Shown here piece by piece: positions 10,364 through 21,714 of a stretch of DNA of 64,000 bases. A program made the translations under genes and the position numbers. The stretch is from the IMG/VR virus record IMGVR_UViG_3300042923_000607, positions 52,240-116,239 of that record. One strand, given 5' to 3'. Each line of letters opens with the position of its first letter. The stretch's first letter is position 1. The notes beneath the pieces were generated by a model that ran no database searches, was not told the DNA's origin, and saw only the letters and a list, made by a program, of their open reading frames with translations. Origin of the DNA: a virus.

Positions 10364-10693
10364 ATTACGGAAAATGAAAGAATTGGTTTTGACGAGCTAG
10401 AAGAAGATTTATTAATGTTAATTTTTTATCACGGCAAAGAAAAATTTAGGATCACTGAGGACTTGGTGAATACAGTTACATACACCGTAGAAGGCATTGG
10501 ATTTGAACAAGAAGATGATGAAGTCGTCGTAGGAAGCGATATGTATGATTATATGATATTAAAAAATACATTTTTGTCATGTTTCAATTTAATTCAAATT
10601 GTATGTATAACTCGTTATCGAGATGAAAATAGATTACCATGTTGCTATGAGTTACATGTGACAGAAGGGCATGTATCGATTGAAGTTCTATAA
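10364..10693 (+). CDS. Acidic hypothetical moron protein; start uncertain
   Basis: The track start at 10289 is the -35 box; the RBS GAGGAGG near 10353 precedes in-frame GTT-ATT-ACG. Confidence 0.55.
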   Translation: MTENERIGFDELEEDLLMLIFYHGKEKFRITEDLVNTVTYTVEGIGFEQEDDEVVVGSDMYDYMILKNTFLSCFNLIQIVCITRYRDENRLPCCYELHVTEGHVSIEVL

Positions 10694-10836
10694 AAAATAA
10701 ATAATAAAATTTAAAGAGCTATTTAGTGAAAACTATTTGGCTCTTTTTTAATGAAGAAAAATATCACACTCCTTTCAGGGGTGTTTTTTTATGTGAAAAA
10801 TAACCCGTGAGTTAGAAAGGATGGTGTTACTTATAG

Positions 10837-13800
10837 ATGGATGATTTTAAAACCCTGTTGAGCGTTGCCTATAGTATAAAGCAAGCTCAGACTGAAACAA
10901 ATAAAGTAATAAAAGAGGTACAAAAAAACGCTAAAATACAGCTTGACTTGGATATTACAGATAAGGAAGCCAAGAAAGTAATAAATGAAACAAGAAAAGA
11001 TTATCAGAATTGGTGGAAAACTGCTTTATCTCAGGAGTCTAATTTGCAAAAGCAAAAAGATAACTTTAATAAAAAAAATCTTTCGGCTATAGATTTAGAG
11101 ATAAAAAAAAGAAAAGAACAGTCCACACAGTTTAGCAATCAAATAAAATCACAGATGTTGGAAGCTCAAAAACTTGCTAAAGCTCAACAATCGGCAATCT
11201 CCCTAAGCCAAGACAGAGATACTCTTAAAAACAGAATAAACTCTTATGTTAAAAATAATCCAGCTTTAAAGGAAATGTCTTCTGATTTTATTAAACTAAG
11301 AGATTCGGTTGAAGGATTAGATAAAGTGGGATTATCTTCTGCTAATAAAGAATTTAGATTACTACAGTCTTCTGCTGAATCTTTAGGGAAAACCGGAGAT
11401 ACTTATTTCAGTAAATTAGGAAAGAATGTTCAACAGTTTGTTGGTTTCTTGGGTTCCGCTACGGTAGTAATGACAGGAGTTAATGCTATTCGTAATATGA
11501 TTACCGAGGTTTATAATTTAGACCAAGCCTTGGTTGATTTGCAAATGGCTACTGGATACACTCACGAACAAGCAAAAGAACTTCTCAGCACATATATTGA
11601 TTTAGGAAAACAAATGGGTGCTACTGCAACTGAGGTTGCTGCCGCTGCCGGTGACTATCTTAGACAAGGTATGACAATAGCTGAAACAAACAAGTTAATA
11701 AAGGACTCCCTAGTACTTGCAAAGTTGGGCAATATTGATACGGCACAAGCAACTACTTACTTAACTACGGCAATGAAGGGCTATAAAGTTTCAGTCGAAG
11801 ACGTTATTGGGATTGTAGACAAACTGTCAGCAGTAGATTTAGAATCAGCTACGGATGCTGGAGGACTGGCAGAAGGCATGAGCGAAGTGGCCAATAATGC
11901 TAGAATTGCCGGAGTTGAGATGGATAAACTGTTGGGTTATCTTGCGGTAATTGGAGAAACGACAGGTGAATCCATGTCATCTGTTGGAGTTGGACTAAAC
12001 GCAATCTTCTCTCGTATGGGAAATATTAAGCTTGCCAGGCTCAAAGACTATCAGAATAATGGCGAAGATTTATCAAATGTTGAAACCGTTTTGAGTGGCT
12101 TGGGAATTAAACTAAGAGACTCTGTTGATCAGTTTAGAAATTTTGGCGATGTATTAGATGAAGTTGCCACTAAATGGGGATCATTCAGCGATGTAAGTCA
12201 AAGAGCTTTAGCTAGTGCGTTTGCGGGCACTAATCATATGGAAGAATTCCTTGTGCTTATGGAAAATTATGGTACAGCTCTTAATTATAGTGAGGTTGCA
12301 GCTAATTCAGCCGGAACTGCAATGCAGAAGTTTGGAGCATATCAGGAAAGTTTAGAAGCAAAAACAAAAAGGCTTAGTGCATCATTTCAAGATCTAGCAA
12401 ATGATACCATAGATAGTGGAATAGTCAAAGGATTTTTAGATTTATCAAACTTCTTAATTAACGTTACCGATAATATAGGACTGCTAAACATTGCACTTGT
12501 ATCACTAGCAGGAGTTATGGGAGCTAAAACAACCGCTGGAATAAATCTGTTTGCACAAGGATTACAAGGATTAGCTTCAAGAATGGGAGCAACTACTGCT
12601 CTAGCCGGAACAATGATGTCGGCATTAAGTATTGCACTCCCAGTAGCTGCGGTTTTAGTTGCGGTTGCAGCATACAATCATTTTAACGTTACATTAGAAG
12701 AAACCAGAGCTAACCTGGCAAAACAAAAAGACGCTTATGATTCTGAGGTTTCAAATGTTCAATCACTAACAAACGAATTGGAGTCAACAAGAAAAAAATT
12801 AGAAGAATTAAACAGTGTTGGCGGAGCTGTAGTTACTAAGGATGGAGAAAAAGAAAAACTTCAAGCCCAAACCGAAGAATTGCAACGACAATTAGATATT
12901 GCAAAAGAAACTCAAAGAATAGCCGGGTTAAAAGCAGAAAACACAGCAACGGAAGCTCTTAGTAAAAAGATTGAAAGCAAATACATTACTGGCAAAGTTA
13001 GTAATGATTATGCCGGATATGACGTAACATTTGATAAGGTCACAAGAGATGTCGAGTTAGAAAGAGCAATTAATGAATATAATAAACTGGCCAAGTCTTA
13101 TGAAGCGGTAGAAAAAAAACAACAGGATTTAGCAAATGCTCAAAAGGGAAATAGTAAAGAATTTAAAAACAATCAAAAAACTTTAGATTTATTAAACAAG
13201 TCAATGTCAAATGCCAGATCCTACGCCAATGAACTAGCAACTGGAATGCAAGAAGATTCTAATAGTTTGATAGGCGCTACAGTGGCCGGAGACAATCTAA
13301 AGAATGTGGTAGATAGATCTCTTAATAGTTATAGTTCATGGACTTCTTCAATCAGTAGTGCAAATGATGCGCTTGGAGATACTAGTGACATATCTTCAGA
13401 GGTGGTTTCTGGAATAGATTCCACGACTGCAAGCGTAGAGGATGCAAATAAGGCTATAGATGCGTTCCAGACTTCTATGTCTTCAATAAAAAATGCTCTC
13501 TCAGATGTATCTTCTCTTTCAACGAATGACATCATTGATTTAATGCAAGAATTTAAAGAATTTGATTGGAATTCATACGGGGTCACTGGAGTTGAGGGAG
13601 TTGGAGATTTAACTGGAGCATTAAAAACTTTAGCCAAGCAACAATATGATTCGATAACTTCAACCAATGGAAGTAGTGTAGCGTTTAGTAATCTATATCA
13701 AGATGCAATTAAAGTTAAAGATGGAATACAGGGAATCTCCTCTTCTATCTCTTCCCTTGATAATTTGAATAGTTCATTGTCGTCGTTGGATTCTGCATAT

Positions 13801-16506
13801 GCTAGTTTAATTTCCAAACAATCTGTTTCACTTGATGATATAACTAAATTAAACGAAGTATTTGGAAATACTGCAGGGTTTAATGATTTTATAAACACGG
13901 TATCTTCAGCAAAATCTGTTACTGGAGACGTACAAAACGCTTTTAACGACCTTGTTACCACTTATTTATATTCAAGCGATATATTAAACACATTGACAGA
14001 CGACACAAAAAGTCTGGTAATCACGCAACTACAGCACATAGGAGTTTCAAATGCTGAAGAAGTTGTAACCTCAAAACTAGCCGAGCAGAAAAAAATATTG
14101 GCGGAAACAGGATTAGATGTTAAGGACGCAACGGTTGAAGAAATAATAGAATTAATTAATGAGGGAAACGTTTCAGATGATACAAGAAATTCCCTATCTG
14201 GGTTAGCCGCTCAAAAGTTAAATGTTAACAATGTAGCGCTCAGTACTTCTGGAGATATCGCAAATCTTATCAGCCTTATGTCTATAACAAACTCAACCAC
14301 AGAAGCCTTACAAGCATTACAGATGGCAAAAGAGGGTAAAGTCCCTATGTCTATTGCTAGGCCTGGGGATATGGAATCCATGATTAGTAGAGCCCAAGCC
14401 GAGGTTGAGAGTTATTATAAAGGACTAGGGAATTCGCAAAATATTAAGTATACGGGTGGTTCAAAAACATCCTCTGTAAAAGATAAGGCCAGTAGTAAAA
14501 AAACTGAGTTTTCTCAACAGATTGACCAAATAGCAAGATCTGTTGAATTAGCGGAAAAAGCACTGTCTAGATTAAACGAAGCTATTGACGATGATGCTCC
14601 CTACAAAAAACAAATTACGAATTTACAAGCATTGATTAAAGGGCAAAAAGAACTGTTATCTACTTACAACAAATCCGCTACCGCCTATGAATCTCAATAT
14701 AATAAATCAATTTCTGGACTATCATCAAAATATGTAAAGCAAATTCAATCCGGTGGAACATTCAAAGTTCAAGACTTTAAAGGAGAATCCGGAGAAAAAT
14801 TATATAATCAGATAATTACAGCTCAGAAATATTGGGACGAATATCAAAACTCTCTTGATAAATCAAACAAAACTACTAAAGAAATTGTAGAAAACACAGA
14901 AAAACTTGCTAAAATAAAAATAGACCTAAAGCTTGATAAATTTGAAAAGCAAAAAGAAAAACTTTCCGGATTAGATGATGACATACAGAATGCCTTAGAT
15001 TTAGTTGAATCTGGAAGTAATGAATCAGTATTGCTCTTACAGGCTGGATATAAAAATGCGTCTGATTCGGTTGCTAACTTAAAGAAGGAAATTACGGCTT
15101 TAAACAAAGCATATGCCGGAAACAAGTCAGATGAAACATATAAAACAAGACTTGCTGACTTAGAGGAACAATTAAACTCGGCAGCTTCATCAATGAAAAG
15201 CTACAAAGACCAAATAATTGACGCAATGAAGCAAGGCTATGAAGAACAAACCGATAATTTAAAAGACGCCTTAGATGAACAGCTAGATGCAATAGAAAAA
15301 GCGCATGATGCCATAATTGATAGTCTCAATGATCAGTTAGACGCTTATAAAGAAATAATTGACGCCAAGAAAGAATCACTGAGAACAACGGAAGATGAAT
15401 ACCAGTATCAGAAGAAAATCGCAGAACAGACTAATAATATTAACAAAATTAATTCCAGAATAGCTGAACTATCAAAGGCTGCAAGCTCCGGTGATCGAGC
15501 TGCGGCTGCCGAAATGAAAAAGTTGCAAGACGAATTAGCCGAAGCACAATCATACTTGGACGACACTCAGCATGACAGAAAAATAGAACTTGAAGAAGAG
15601 GCTCTTGATAAAGCTTACGATGATTATGAAAAGTTAATTAACGGTCAGATAGATTTAGAAAATAAGGCTTATGAAATGCAGAAAACCATGGCACAAAAAG
15701 CTTATGATTCTAAACTAGCTAATCTGACAAGTTTATATACGACCGAGATGGATTACATAAAACAGGCAGCAGAATTAACAACATCTGCTTTTTCAGAAGC
15801 TTTTGCGGGAATCAATCAACAGTTGGCTCAATATGGTTTATCGATATCTTCTGATTTGTCTGGAGCATTATTTAACACAAATTCATCATTAAACACTTCT
15901 CTTTCAAGCGTATCAAAAACTTCATCGTCATCATCTTACGATCCTGTATTGAAATTGCTTAAAAACGGAACTGGAACTACAGGAAATAGTAATCTTAATA
16001 AATATATAAGCTCTAACTATGGATCATATCTTACATTTTCAGAGATGTTGCAATTGGCAAAACTCATGGGAGTATCAGGAATAAGCTCGCTAAAAGATGT
16101 TGAGGAAAGTGGGACTAACAGAAATAAAATATTAGATGCATTAAAATCCTCTGGTTATAAGAATGGTGGAATTTTAGGAGAAGTTAACAGTACTATTAAA
16201 GGAATGGGAGAAGATGCTTTATTTGTAGGAAGTAAAGGAGAATCTGTTTTAACAGAACCAGAAACAAAAGCCTATAGGATGACAGGCGGATATCTGGCAG
16301 AAATGGTTAATCTGCTTAAGGCCCACAATCTAAATCCAGCCAACTACTCTAATAACACAAACAACTCTCCTAATATTCAAATCGAAAGTCTGCTTACAGT
16401 TCAGGGAAATGTTAACAAAGATGTGGTCAATGATTTAAATGCTTCTATGAATTCACTAGTTGAAAAAGTTTCGGACGATATAATGAAAAAGATGCGTAAG
16501 TTCTAA
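10837..16506 (+). CDS. Tape measure protein
   Basis: 1889 aa, helical/coiled-coil, with TP901-type TMP core and a hydrophobic segment. Confidence 0.92.
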   Translation: MDDFKTLLSVAYSIKQAQTETNKVIKEVQKNAKIQLDLDITDKEAKKVINETRKDYQNWWKTALSQESNLQKQKDNFNKKNLSAIDLEIKKRKEQSTQFSNQIKSQMLEAQKLAKAQQSAISLSQDRDTLKNRINSYVKNNPALKEMSSDFIKLRDSVEGLDKVGLSSANKEFRLLQSSAESLGKTGDTYFSKLGKNVQQFVGFLGSATVVMTGVNAIRNMITEVYNLDQALVDLQMATGYTHEQAKELLSTYIDLGKQMGATATEVAAAAGDYLRQGMTIAETNKLIKDSLVLAKLGNIDTAQATTYLTTAMKGYKVSVEDVIGIVDKLSAVDLESATDAGGLAEGMSEVANNARIAGVEMDKLLGYLAVIGETTGESMSSVGVGLNAIFSRMGNIKLARLKDYQNNGEDLSNVETVLSGLGIKLRDSVDQFRNFGDVLDEVATKWGSFSDVSQRALASAFAGTNHMEEFLVLMENYGTALNYSEVAANSAGTAMQKFGAYQESLEAKTKRLSASFQDLANDTIDSGIVKGFLDLSNFLINVTDNIGLLNIALVSLAGVMGAKTTAGINLFAQGLQGLASRMGATTALAGTMMSALSIALPVAAVLVAVAAYNHFNVTLEETRANLAKQKDAYDSEVSNVQSLTNELESTRKKLEELNSVGGAVVTKDGEKEKLQAQTEELQRQLDIAKETQRIAGLKAENTATEALSKKIESKYITGKVSNDYAGYDVTFDKVTRDVELERAINEYNKLAKSYEAVEKKQQDLANAQKGNSKEFKNNQKTLDLLNKSMSNARSYANELATGMQEDSNSLIGATVAGDNLKNVVDRSLNSYSSWTSSISSANDALGDTSDISSEVVSGIDSTTASVEDANKAIDAFQTSMSSIKNALSDVSSLSTNDIIDLMQEFKEFDWNSYGVTGVEGVGDLTGALKTLAKQQYDSITSTNGSSVAFSNLYQDAIKVKDGIQGISSSISSLDNLNSSLSSLDSAYASLISKQSVSLDDITKLNEVFGNTAGFNDFINTVSSAKSVTGDVQNAFNDLVTTYLYSSDILNTLTDDTKSLVITQLQHIGVSNAEEVVTSKLAEQKKILAETGLDVKDATVEEIIELINEGNVSDDTRNSLSGLAAQKLNVNNVALSTSGDIANLISLMSITNSTTEALQALQMAKEGKVPMSIARPGDMESMISRAQAEVESYYKGLGNSQNIKYTGGSKTSSVKDKASSKKTEFSQQIDQIARSVELAEKALSRLNEAIDDDAPYKKQITNLQALIKGQKELLSTYNKSATAYESQYNKSISGLSSKYVKQIQSGGTFKVQDFKGESGEKLYNQIITAQKYWDEYQNSLDKSNKTTKEIVENTEKLAKIKIDLKLDKFEKQKEKLSGLDDDIQNALDLVESGSNESVLLLQAGYKNASDSVANLKKEITALNKAYAGNKSDETYKTRLADLEEQLNSAASSMKSYKDQIIDAMKQGYEEQTDNLKDALDEQLDAIEKAHDAIIDSLNDQLDAYKEIIDAKKESLRTTEDEYQYQKKIAEQTNNINKINSRIAELSKAASSGDRAAAAEMKKLQDELAEAQSYLDDTQHDRKIELEEEALDKAYDDYEKLINGQIDLENKAYEMQKTMAQKAYDSKLANLTSLYTTEMDYIKQAAELTTSAFSEAFAGINQQLAQYGLSISSDLSGALFNTNSSLNTSLSSVSKTSSSSSYDPVLKLLKNGTGTTGNSNLNKYISSNYGSYLTFSEMLQLAKLMGVSGISSLKDVEESGTNRNKILDALKSSGYKNGGILGEVNSTIKGMGEDALFVGSKGESVLTEPETKAYRMTGGYLAEMVNLLKAHNLNPANYSNNTNNSPNIQIESLLTVQGNVNKDVVNDLNASMNSLVEKVSDDIMKKMRKF

Positions 16507-16572
16507 AACAGGCTACCTAGCAGTCAAATGTTGGGTAGCTTTTCTAATAAATATATGAAAGGAAGTGTTTAA

Positions 16573-17352
16573 ATGGCAACAATTAATGGGCTTAATTGTA
16601 TTTTTGCGAATCAGTCATCAGAAGAATTTGGAGTAAAGATGGGATTCATCGGAAGCAACAACCGAGATTCAAACGATGAACAATGGAATTTAGTACAAAC
16701 AAAAAATGTTGTTCAAGAAATTTTTAATTATCACGGTAAATACAGCAGCGAACCTTTACAGTTTAAGCTTACTTTTTTCAATGATGATGGAAGTTATATA
16801 GATGCTGACAAGCAAGAAGATTTGAAAAATTGGCTTATCCGAGATGATTTTTCTTGGTTAGTTGTAGACCAGGAAGACTTATGTGACAAAGAGTTTCGGT
16901 GTACAGGGTTAAGTGTTGGATTAGAAGATGTTGGACTGAGAAATGCTGGGTTAACGGTTCAAATGACGTGCGACTGTAATCATGCTTGGACAGGAATAAG
17001 AACTAAGCCCTACTCTTCTACCACTACCGCTTCCTATCAATTTATTAATCCAGCTAAATTTAATAAGTATATAGTGTATCCCCAGCTAACCATTACTCCC
17101 ACATCAAACGGAGACATCACGGTAAAGAATAACACAACAAATAGAACAATGTCGATTCTTAATTGTGTTACAACGGAGACTATCTATATTGATTGTAGAA
17201 ACGAAATAATTAAATCTTCTAATGGAAGAAATCTTTTGGACGATTTCAATAAATACTTTTTAGAATTAATACAAGGGAATAACTCTCTTACTCTTACAGG
17301 AGCATTCACAATGAAAATGGAATATCGTCTTCCTGTTCGTATAGGTGGATAA
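16573..17352 (+). CDS. Distal tail protein (Dit)
   Basis: Immediately after TMP; YPQLTI, ETIYID, FLELIQGNN.L motifs. Confidence 0.8.
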   Translation: MATINGLNCIFANQSSEEFGVKMGFIGSNNRDSNDEQWNLVQTKNVVQEIFNYHGKYSSEPLQFKLTFFNDDGSYIDADKQEDLKNWLIRDDFSWLVVDQEDLCDKEFRCTGLSVGLEDVGLRNAGLTVQMTCDCNHAWTGIRTKPYSSTTTASYQFINPAKFNKYIVYPQLTITPTSNGDITVKNNTTNRTMSILNCVTTETIYIDCRNEIIKSSNGRNLLDDFNKYFLELIQGNNSLTLTGAFTMKMEYRLPVRIGG

Positions 17353-17371
17353 TTTATAGAAAGGAGGAAAA

Positions 17372-20365
17372 ATGCAACAGTCCTATAATGCAAATAATAG
17401 ATGGCAGCAACCAAGGTTATTTTTGGCTAACCCTCAAAAAACATATGTAAAAAATGGGGTTATTCCTTATGTAAAAGACTTAAATTTGTCTCTAAAATTC
17501 AATAATATAAAGGAGATGACTTTTAAGTTATATGAATATGAAGATGGGGTTAAAAACGAATTTTATGACCTTATTGAGCCTAATAGGCTTATTGAGCTTC
17601 AATATATAGACTGGTTTCAAATTGATGAACCACCGGAAACTTATTTGGATAATGACAAGATACCCTACAAAACAGTCAAGTGTCTATCAATGGAAAATCA
17701 ATTAGTAAGAAAAAGAATTGATGCAATTGATGGAGTATATTCTTTGTATGACGTTGCAAATCCTTCTTATAGTATCTTGCATATTGTTCACGCCTTATGC
17801 GGATGGAACATTGGACACGTTGACGCTGACCTGCTATCTCTGTATCGTACTTTTCAAGTAGACACTGATTTTATATATAATTTTCTTACTACAACCATTA
17901 GTCAATCATTTGACTGTATTTTTGTCTTTGACAATTATTCAAAAACCATATCTGCATACAAACTAGATAGTATTGAGAATTTAACAAATATAATTATTAG
18001 CGAAAAGAATTTATTAAATCAAGCAACCGTTGAAACCTACTCTAATCAGATCGTGACTAAATTACTAGTTAAAGGAAATGATACTTGCGATATAAGGGCG
18101 GTTAACCCCAACGGAACAAATTATTTAATAAATGTAGATTATTATTTGACGAAAATATCTGAAGGCGGTTGGATGTCAGATGGATTAGTTGATAATTGGA
18201 ACGCTTACAAAACTGCTTATGCTAGTGCTCAATCTACATGGATTTCATTGATAAATTCTTTAAAGACTAAAAACGGGGATTTGACGGTTTTAAAAGCTGA
18301 GTTAACAGATTTAAAGTCTGCTCAAACTGCTCAGAGTGACGTATACTCTTCTATCTTACAAAACAATAATGGTGTTGTGCCACCAGTTGGTTCTCCTGAT
18401 TATACAATATATATAGCGGCATGGAATTCATATAATTCATATTTTACATTAATTGCAAATAAGCAAGTCCAAATTAATAGTAAAGAAGTCGAAATAGCGT
18501 CAATTCAAGCATCACTAGATTCATTATCAAGTTCGTTAGATGAAAGCAATTATCTTACAACCAATCAAATTGCAGAATTGGAAACCTTTCTAATTGAAGG
18601 CGATTCATATCAAGACGATACCTTTGTAATAACTGATACAATGACCGAAACCGAAGCTATACAGATGAAACTTGAGCTTATGGACAACGGTTCTAAGCAA
18701 TTGGCAATGTACTCACATCCGCAGTATACATACAAAATATCTGCAAAAAATCTTTTCTCAATAATAGATAATCCTGAAAATGTCTGTAAATTTGAAGATT
18801 GGCGTGAAGATTTAGATGTTGGGAATATGGTTACTATAAAACTGAGAGCCGATTACTGGGTAACCACCAGGATAATGGAGATTGACATTGACTATAACAA
18901 TTTAGAAGAAATTCAGATTGTACTTAGTGACAAAACCAGAGAAGATACTAGAACCACTCAAATGGCAGCGTTGTTTGCGACAGCCGGAAGAACAAGTGCT
19001 GCTTTAAATCTTTACAAGTATGGATATAGTCAAGCAAGTGGTCAAGTTTCTGACGTTAGGACGTTTTTAAATAGCAGTTTAAATGCGACTCTGAATTCGG
19101 TAGTAAACAACGATAATCAAGACTTATTAATAGACACATACGGTTTGCATATGCGTAAGTGGCTACCAGATCAAAATAAGTACTCGGATTATCAAAGTTG
19201 GTGGCTAAATAACGTTCTGTTGTTTACAGACGACGGATTTCAATCTGCTACTACTGCTATCGGATTACTTACTGCTCCAGATGGGTCAAATTATTGGGGG
19301 TTAAATACCGAGGTATTGGTCGGATCTCTTATTATGGGAGAAAAGATGATTCTTACTAATTCATCTGGCAATTACACTTGGGACAATAATGGTATGGTTG
19401 CTACTGCTACAGTAGGATCAAACACGTATTTGGTTGGGATTAATCCAAGTACTCCTAGCAACATAATTAGGATAGCCGTTAATGGTAGTAACAAGTTTTA
19501 TATTGATACTATTACAAATAACTTAGTTTTTAGTGGAAACCTACAGGCCGCAGGGGGAACATTCTCTGGTGCTTTAAACGCTGCAACTGGAACTTTTAGT
19601 GGTAGTTTGTCCGCTGCGTCTGGTACCTTTACAGGAAATTTAGTGGCGGCCGGTGGTACTTTTACAGGAACATTACAGGGTGTAAATGGTACCTTTTCGG
19701 GCACCATTAGTGCGAGCACCATAAATAGTTCATCTCTAACTGGAGTAGATATAAAGGCAGTTTCTTTTGAAGTGCAAGGAACATCCTCGGCTAAGACATT
19801 TATTACAGGATTAGATGTTGATACTACGTATGTAAACTGCACAAATGTGTCATGTGACACTATAAATAATTCCACTCCTGTTACCTTTAGTAACGTAGCC
19901 GGTTCACATACTCACAACTCAAGTAATATCATAGCAACAGTTGTTAGCTCTAGTTATATAAATTTTAATGGGGGAAATGCGGCTGGATATCAATGGGTTA
20001 TAAATAACTTTGAACCAAAGTCATCGTCAGATAGAAGGTTGAAAAAAAATATTAATGACTTATCCCTATTGCCCATAGAAATATATTTAGAATTGAATCC
20101 GGTGCAATTTGAATTTATCGACGATCCATATAATAACGGTATTGTTTTTGGATTTATTGCTCAAGATGTGATTGATGTATTTGCTAAATATGGATACAAT
20201 GCATTGGATTATAATCTTGTTCAAAATGTTCCAATAAGAATGGATTCTGTTGATGAAAGTAAATACATAGAAGATGGGTTTAAGTATATAATTAACTATA
20301 CAAATATGATTTCATGGAACAAGTTAATTATCAAGAAGATGTGGGATAAAATACAATATTTATAA
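17372..20365 (+). CDS. Tail tip/Tal-like spike with C-terminal S74 intramolecular chaperone domain
   Basis: Prophage-tail-like N-terminus; GTFSG repeats; SSDRRLKKNI...GFIAQDV. Confidence 0.85.
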   Translation: MQQSYNANNRWQQPRLFLANPQKTYVKNGVIPYVKDLNLSLKFNNIKEMTFKLYEYEDGVKNEFYDLIEPNRLIELQYIDWFQIDEPPETYLDNDKIPYKTVKCLSMENQLVRKRIDAIDGVYSLYDVANPSYSILHIVHALCGWNIGHVDADLLSLYRTFQVDTDFIYNFLTTTISQSFDCIFVFDNYSKTISAYKLDSIENLTNIIISEKNLLNQATVETYSNQIVTKLLVKGNDTCDIRAVNPNGTNYLINVDYYLTKISEGGWMSDGLVDNWNAYKTAYASAQSTWISLINSLKTKNGDLTVLKAELTDLKSAQTAQSDVYSSILQNNNGVVPPVGSPDYTIYIAAWNSYNSYFTLIANKQVQINSKEVEIASIQASLDSLSSSLDESNYLTTNQIAELETFLIEGDSYQDDTFVITDTMTETEAIQMKLELMDNGSKQLAMYSHPQYTYKISAKNLFSIIDNPENVCKFEDWREDLDVGNMVTIKLRADYWVTTRIMEIDIDYNNLEEIQIVLSDKTREDTRTTQMAALFATAGRTSAALNLYKYGYSQASGQVSDVRTFLNSSLNATLNSVVNNDNQDLLIDTYGLHMRKWLPDQNKYSDYQSWWLNNVLLFTDDGFQSATTAIGLLTAPDGSNYWGLNTEVLVGSLIMGEKMILTNSSGNYTWDNNGMVATATVGSNTYLVGINPSTPSNIIRIAVNGSNKFYIDTITNNLVFSGNLQAAGGTFSGALNAATGTFSGSLSAASGTFTGNLVAAGGTFTGTLQGVNGTFSGTISASTINSSSLTGVDIKAVSFEVQGTSSAKTFITGLDVDTTYVNCTNVSCDTINNSTPVTFSNVAGSHTHNSSNIIATVVSSSYINFNGGNAAGYQWVINNFEPKSSSDRRLKKNINDLSLLPIEIYLELNPVQFEFIDDPYNNGIVFGFIAQDVIDVFAKYGYNALDYNLVQNVPIRMDSVDESKYIEDGFKYIINYTNMISWNKLIIKKMWDKIQYL
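19525..19715 (+). repeat. Intragenic 10-residue (30 nt) degenerate repeats, GTF(S/T)GxLxAA
   Basis: About six units visible in the translation. Confidence 0.7.
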
Positions 20366-20472
20366 TTTACAATATAACATATAAAACATTTAACTTTCTA
20401 TTGCATATTATTTTATTATATTGTATAATATTAGTAGAGTATGATATAATAAAATTTGGAGGTGGAAATTAT

Positions 20473-21303
20473 ATGAAAAAAGGAATAATATTCTTAATGC
20501 TTTTATTTTTAGTTTCAACAAGTTTGGTGATTTACAACAAGGAAAATGTTAAGGCCAGTACCGATGAGGCTGTGTTTGACGGCAAAATATCTCCCACAAG
20601 ACCTTTTTATCAAGGAGAGAATATTTACTATAGTGATTTTAAAATGAGTGGTAAATTTACAGATACTAAAACAGGAAAAGAAATACCCAAGGATGAATGG
20701 AAAATTTTTGCTTATAAGCCTGCCAGTTCAAATAGCATAACTCTAAACATTGTGCATCTTCCATCATTTGAAACCAACAAGTATCAAGATATAAAATATA
20801 AAGTGAAAATAAAAACAGAAAAATTTTCACCTTATTTAATCAGCTCATATAAAGATAATACTATCTTTAAAAATCTCGAATGTGTAAAGCCACAATTTAA
20901 AAATTCATTAGGATTAAAAATTGATGGAGACGTGCTATATTCTTACAATGAAAAGAAAAAATCTCTGGATTATACGTTTATTCCAAGTAAAAGATATGTT
21001 GATACTGACGAGTTATTATATGAATATAATATATTCAGAGGGTCAATAATTGTTGAAAAACTTGAATCTCCTATTTTTGAAAATAGTTATATAGAACTTT
21101 CTGAAAAAGATGTGTTTTATTTAAGAATAAAGAATCCAATTCCTAATAGTTCTTATAATTGGTATTCAGATGATCCTACAAATGTAAGTGTTGAAGACGG
21201 AAAAATAAAAGCTGAATCTCTTGGATTTTCAAAGATATATTGCGAAGTTGCTCTGCCAGACGGAGAATCAATAACCTTAAAATGTTATGTCGTAGTTAAA
21301 TAG
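20473..21303 (+). CDS. Secreted/membrane-anchored moron protein with C-terminal Ig-like domain
   Basis: MKKGIIFLMLLFLV signal; W.SDDP..VSVEDGKIKA...G Ig motif; own promoter (TTGCAT-17-TATAAT at 20401) and terminator. Confidence 0.7.
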   Translation: MKKGIIFLMLLFLVSTSLVIYNKENVKASTDEAVFDGKISPTRPFYQGENIYYSDFKMSGKFTDTKTGKEIPKDEWKIFAYKPASSNSITLNIVHLPSFETNKYQDIKYKVKIKTEKFSPYLISSYKDNTIFKNLECVKPQFKNSLGLKIDGDVLYSYNEKKKSLDYTFIPSKRYVDTDELLYEYNIFRGSIIVEKLESPIFENSYIELSEKDVFYLRIKNPIPNSSYNWYSDDPTNVSVEDGKIKAESLGFSKIYCEVALPDGESITLKCYVVVK

Positions 21304-21482
21304 CCAAATGATAAAAGCACTTCTATAATGAGGTGCTTTTATTATACTTAAAATTAAATAGAGAGAAGGTTGTTTAATGGTAGAAAAAGATAGGAAACTA
21401 TTTACAAATAGCATATGCGTAGGATTAGTAAGTATCAATATTTTAAAAGAAAAATAGAATATATTGAAAGGTGGCGAATTAA

Positions 21483-21653
21483 TTGAGTATCGAAGAAGAA
21501 AAATCCTTACTAAATGAAATTGATACACTAAGGAAAGACAATGAACGTAAAGCAAGAGTTATACTAGGGCTTTACACACTTATTCTTAAAACTGAGGATA
21601 TAAATTTAATAGCAGAAGCCGGAGCTATGACGTTGGAAGCACAGGCAGGCTAA
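21483..21653 (+). CDS. Small hypothetical protein, 56 aa (not in ORF track)
   Basis: RBS AAGGTGG, TTG start, MSIEEEKSLLNEIDTLRKDNERK..., ends before a bidirectional hairpin. Confidence 0.5.
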   Translation: MSIEEEKSLLNEIDTLRKDNERKARVILGLYTLILKTEDINLIAEAGAMTLEAQAG

Positions 21654-21714
21654 CATTTAAAAAACTAGAAAATAAAATAAGGGGAGTGTTTTCCGCACTC
21701 CCTTTGACTCGAAA

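Noticed and set aside
12387-15292. Antisense ORFs within the tape measure gene (and similar shadow ORFs elsewhere)
   Set aside because: They overlap long well-supported genes and have no RBS or recognisable motifs.
19525-19715. CRISPR or DGR-like repeats in the tail tip gene
   Set aside because: Protein-level beta repeats with synonymous divergence; no spacers, reverse transcriptase or TR/VR pair seen in the window.
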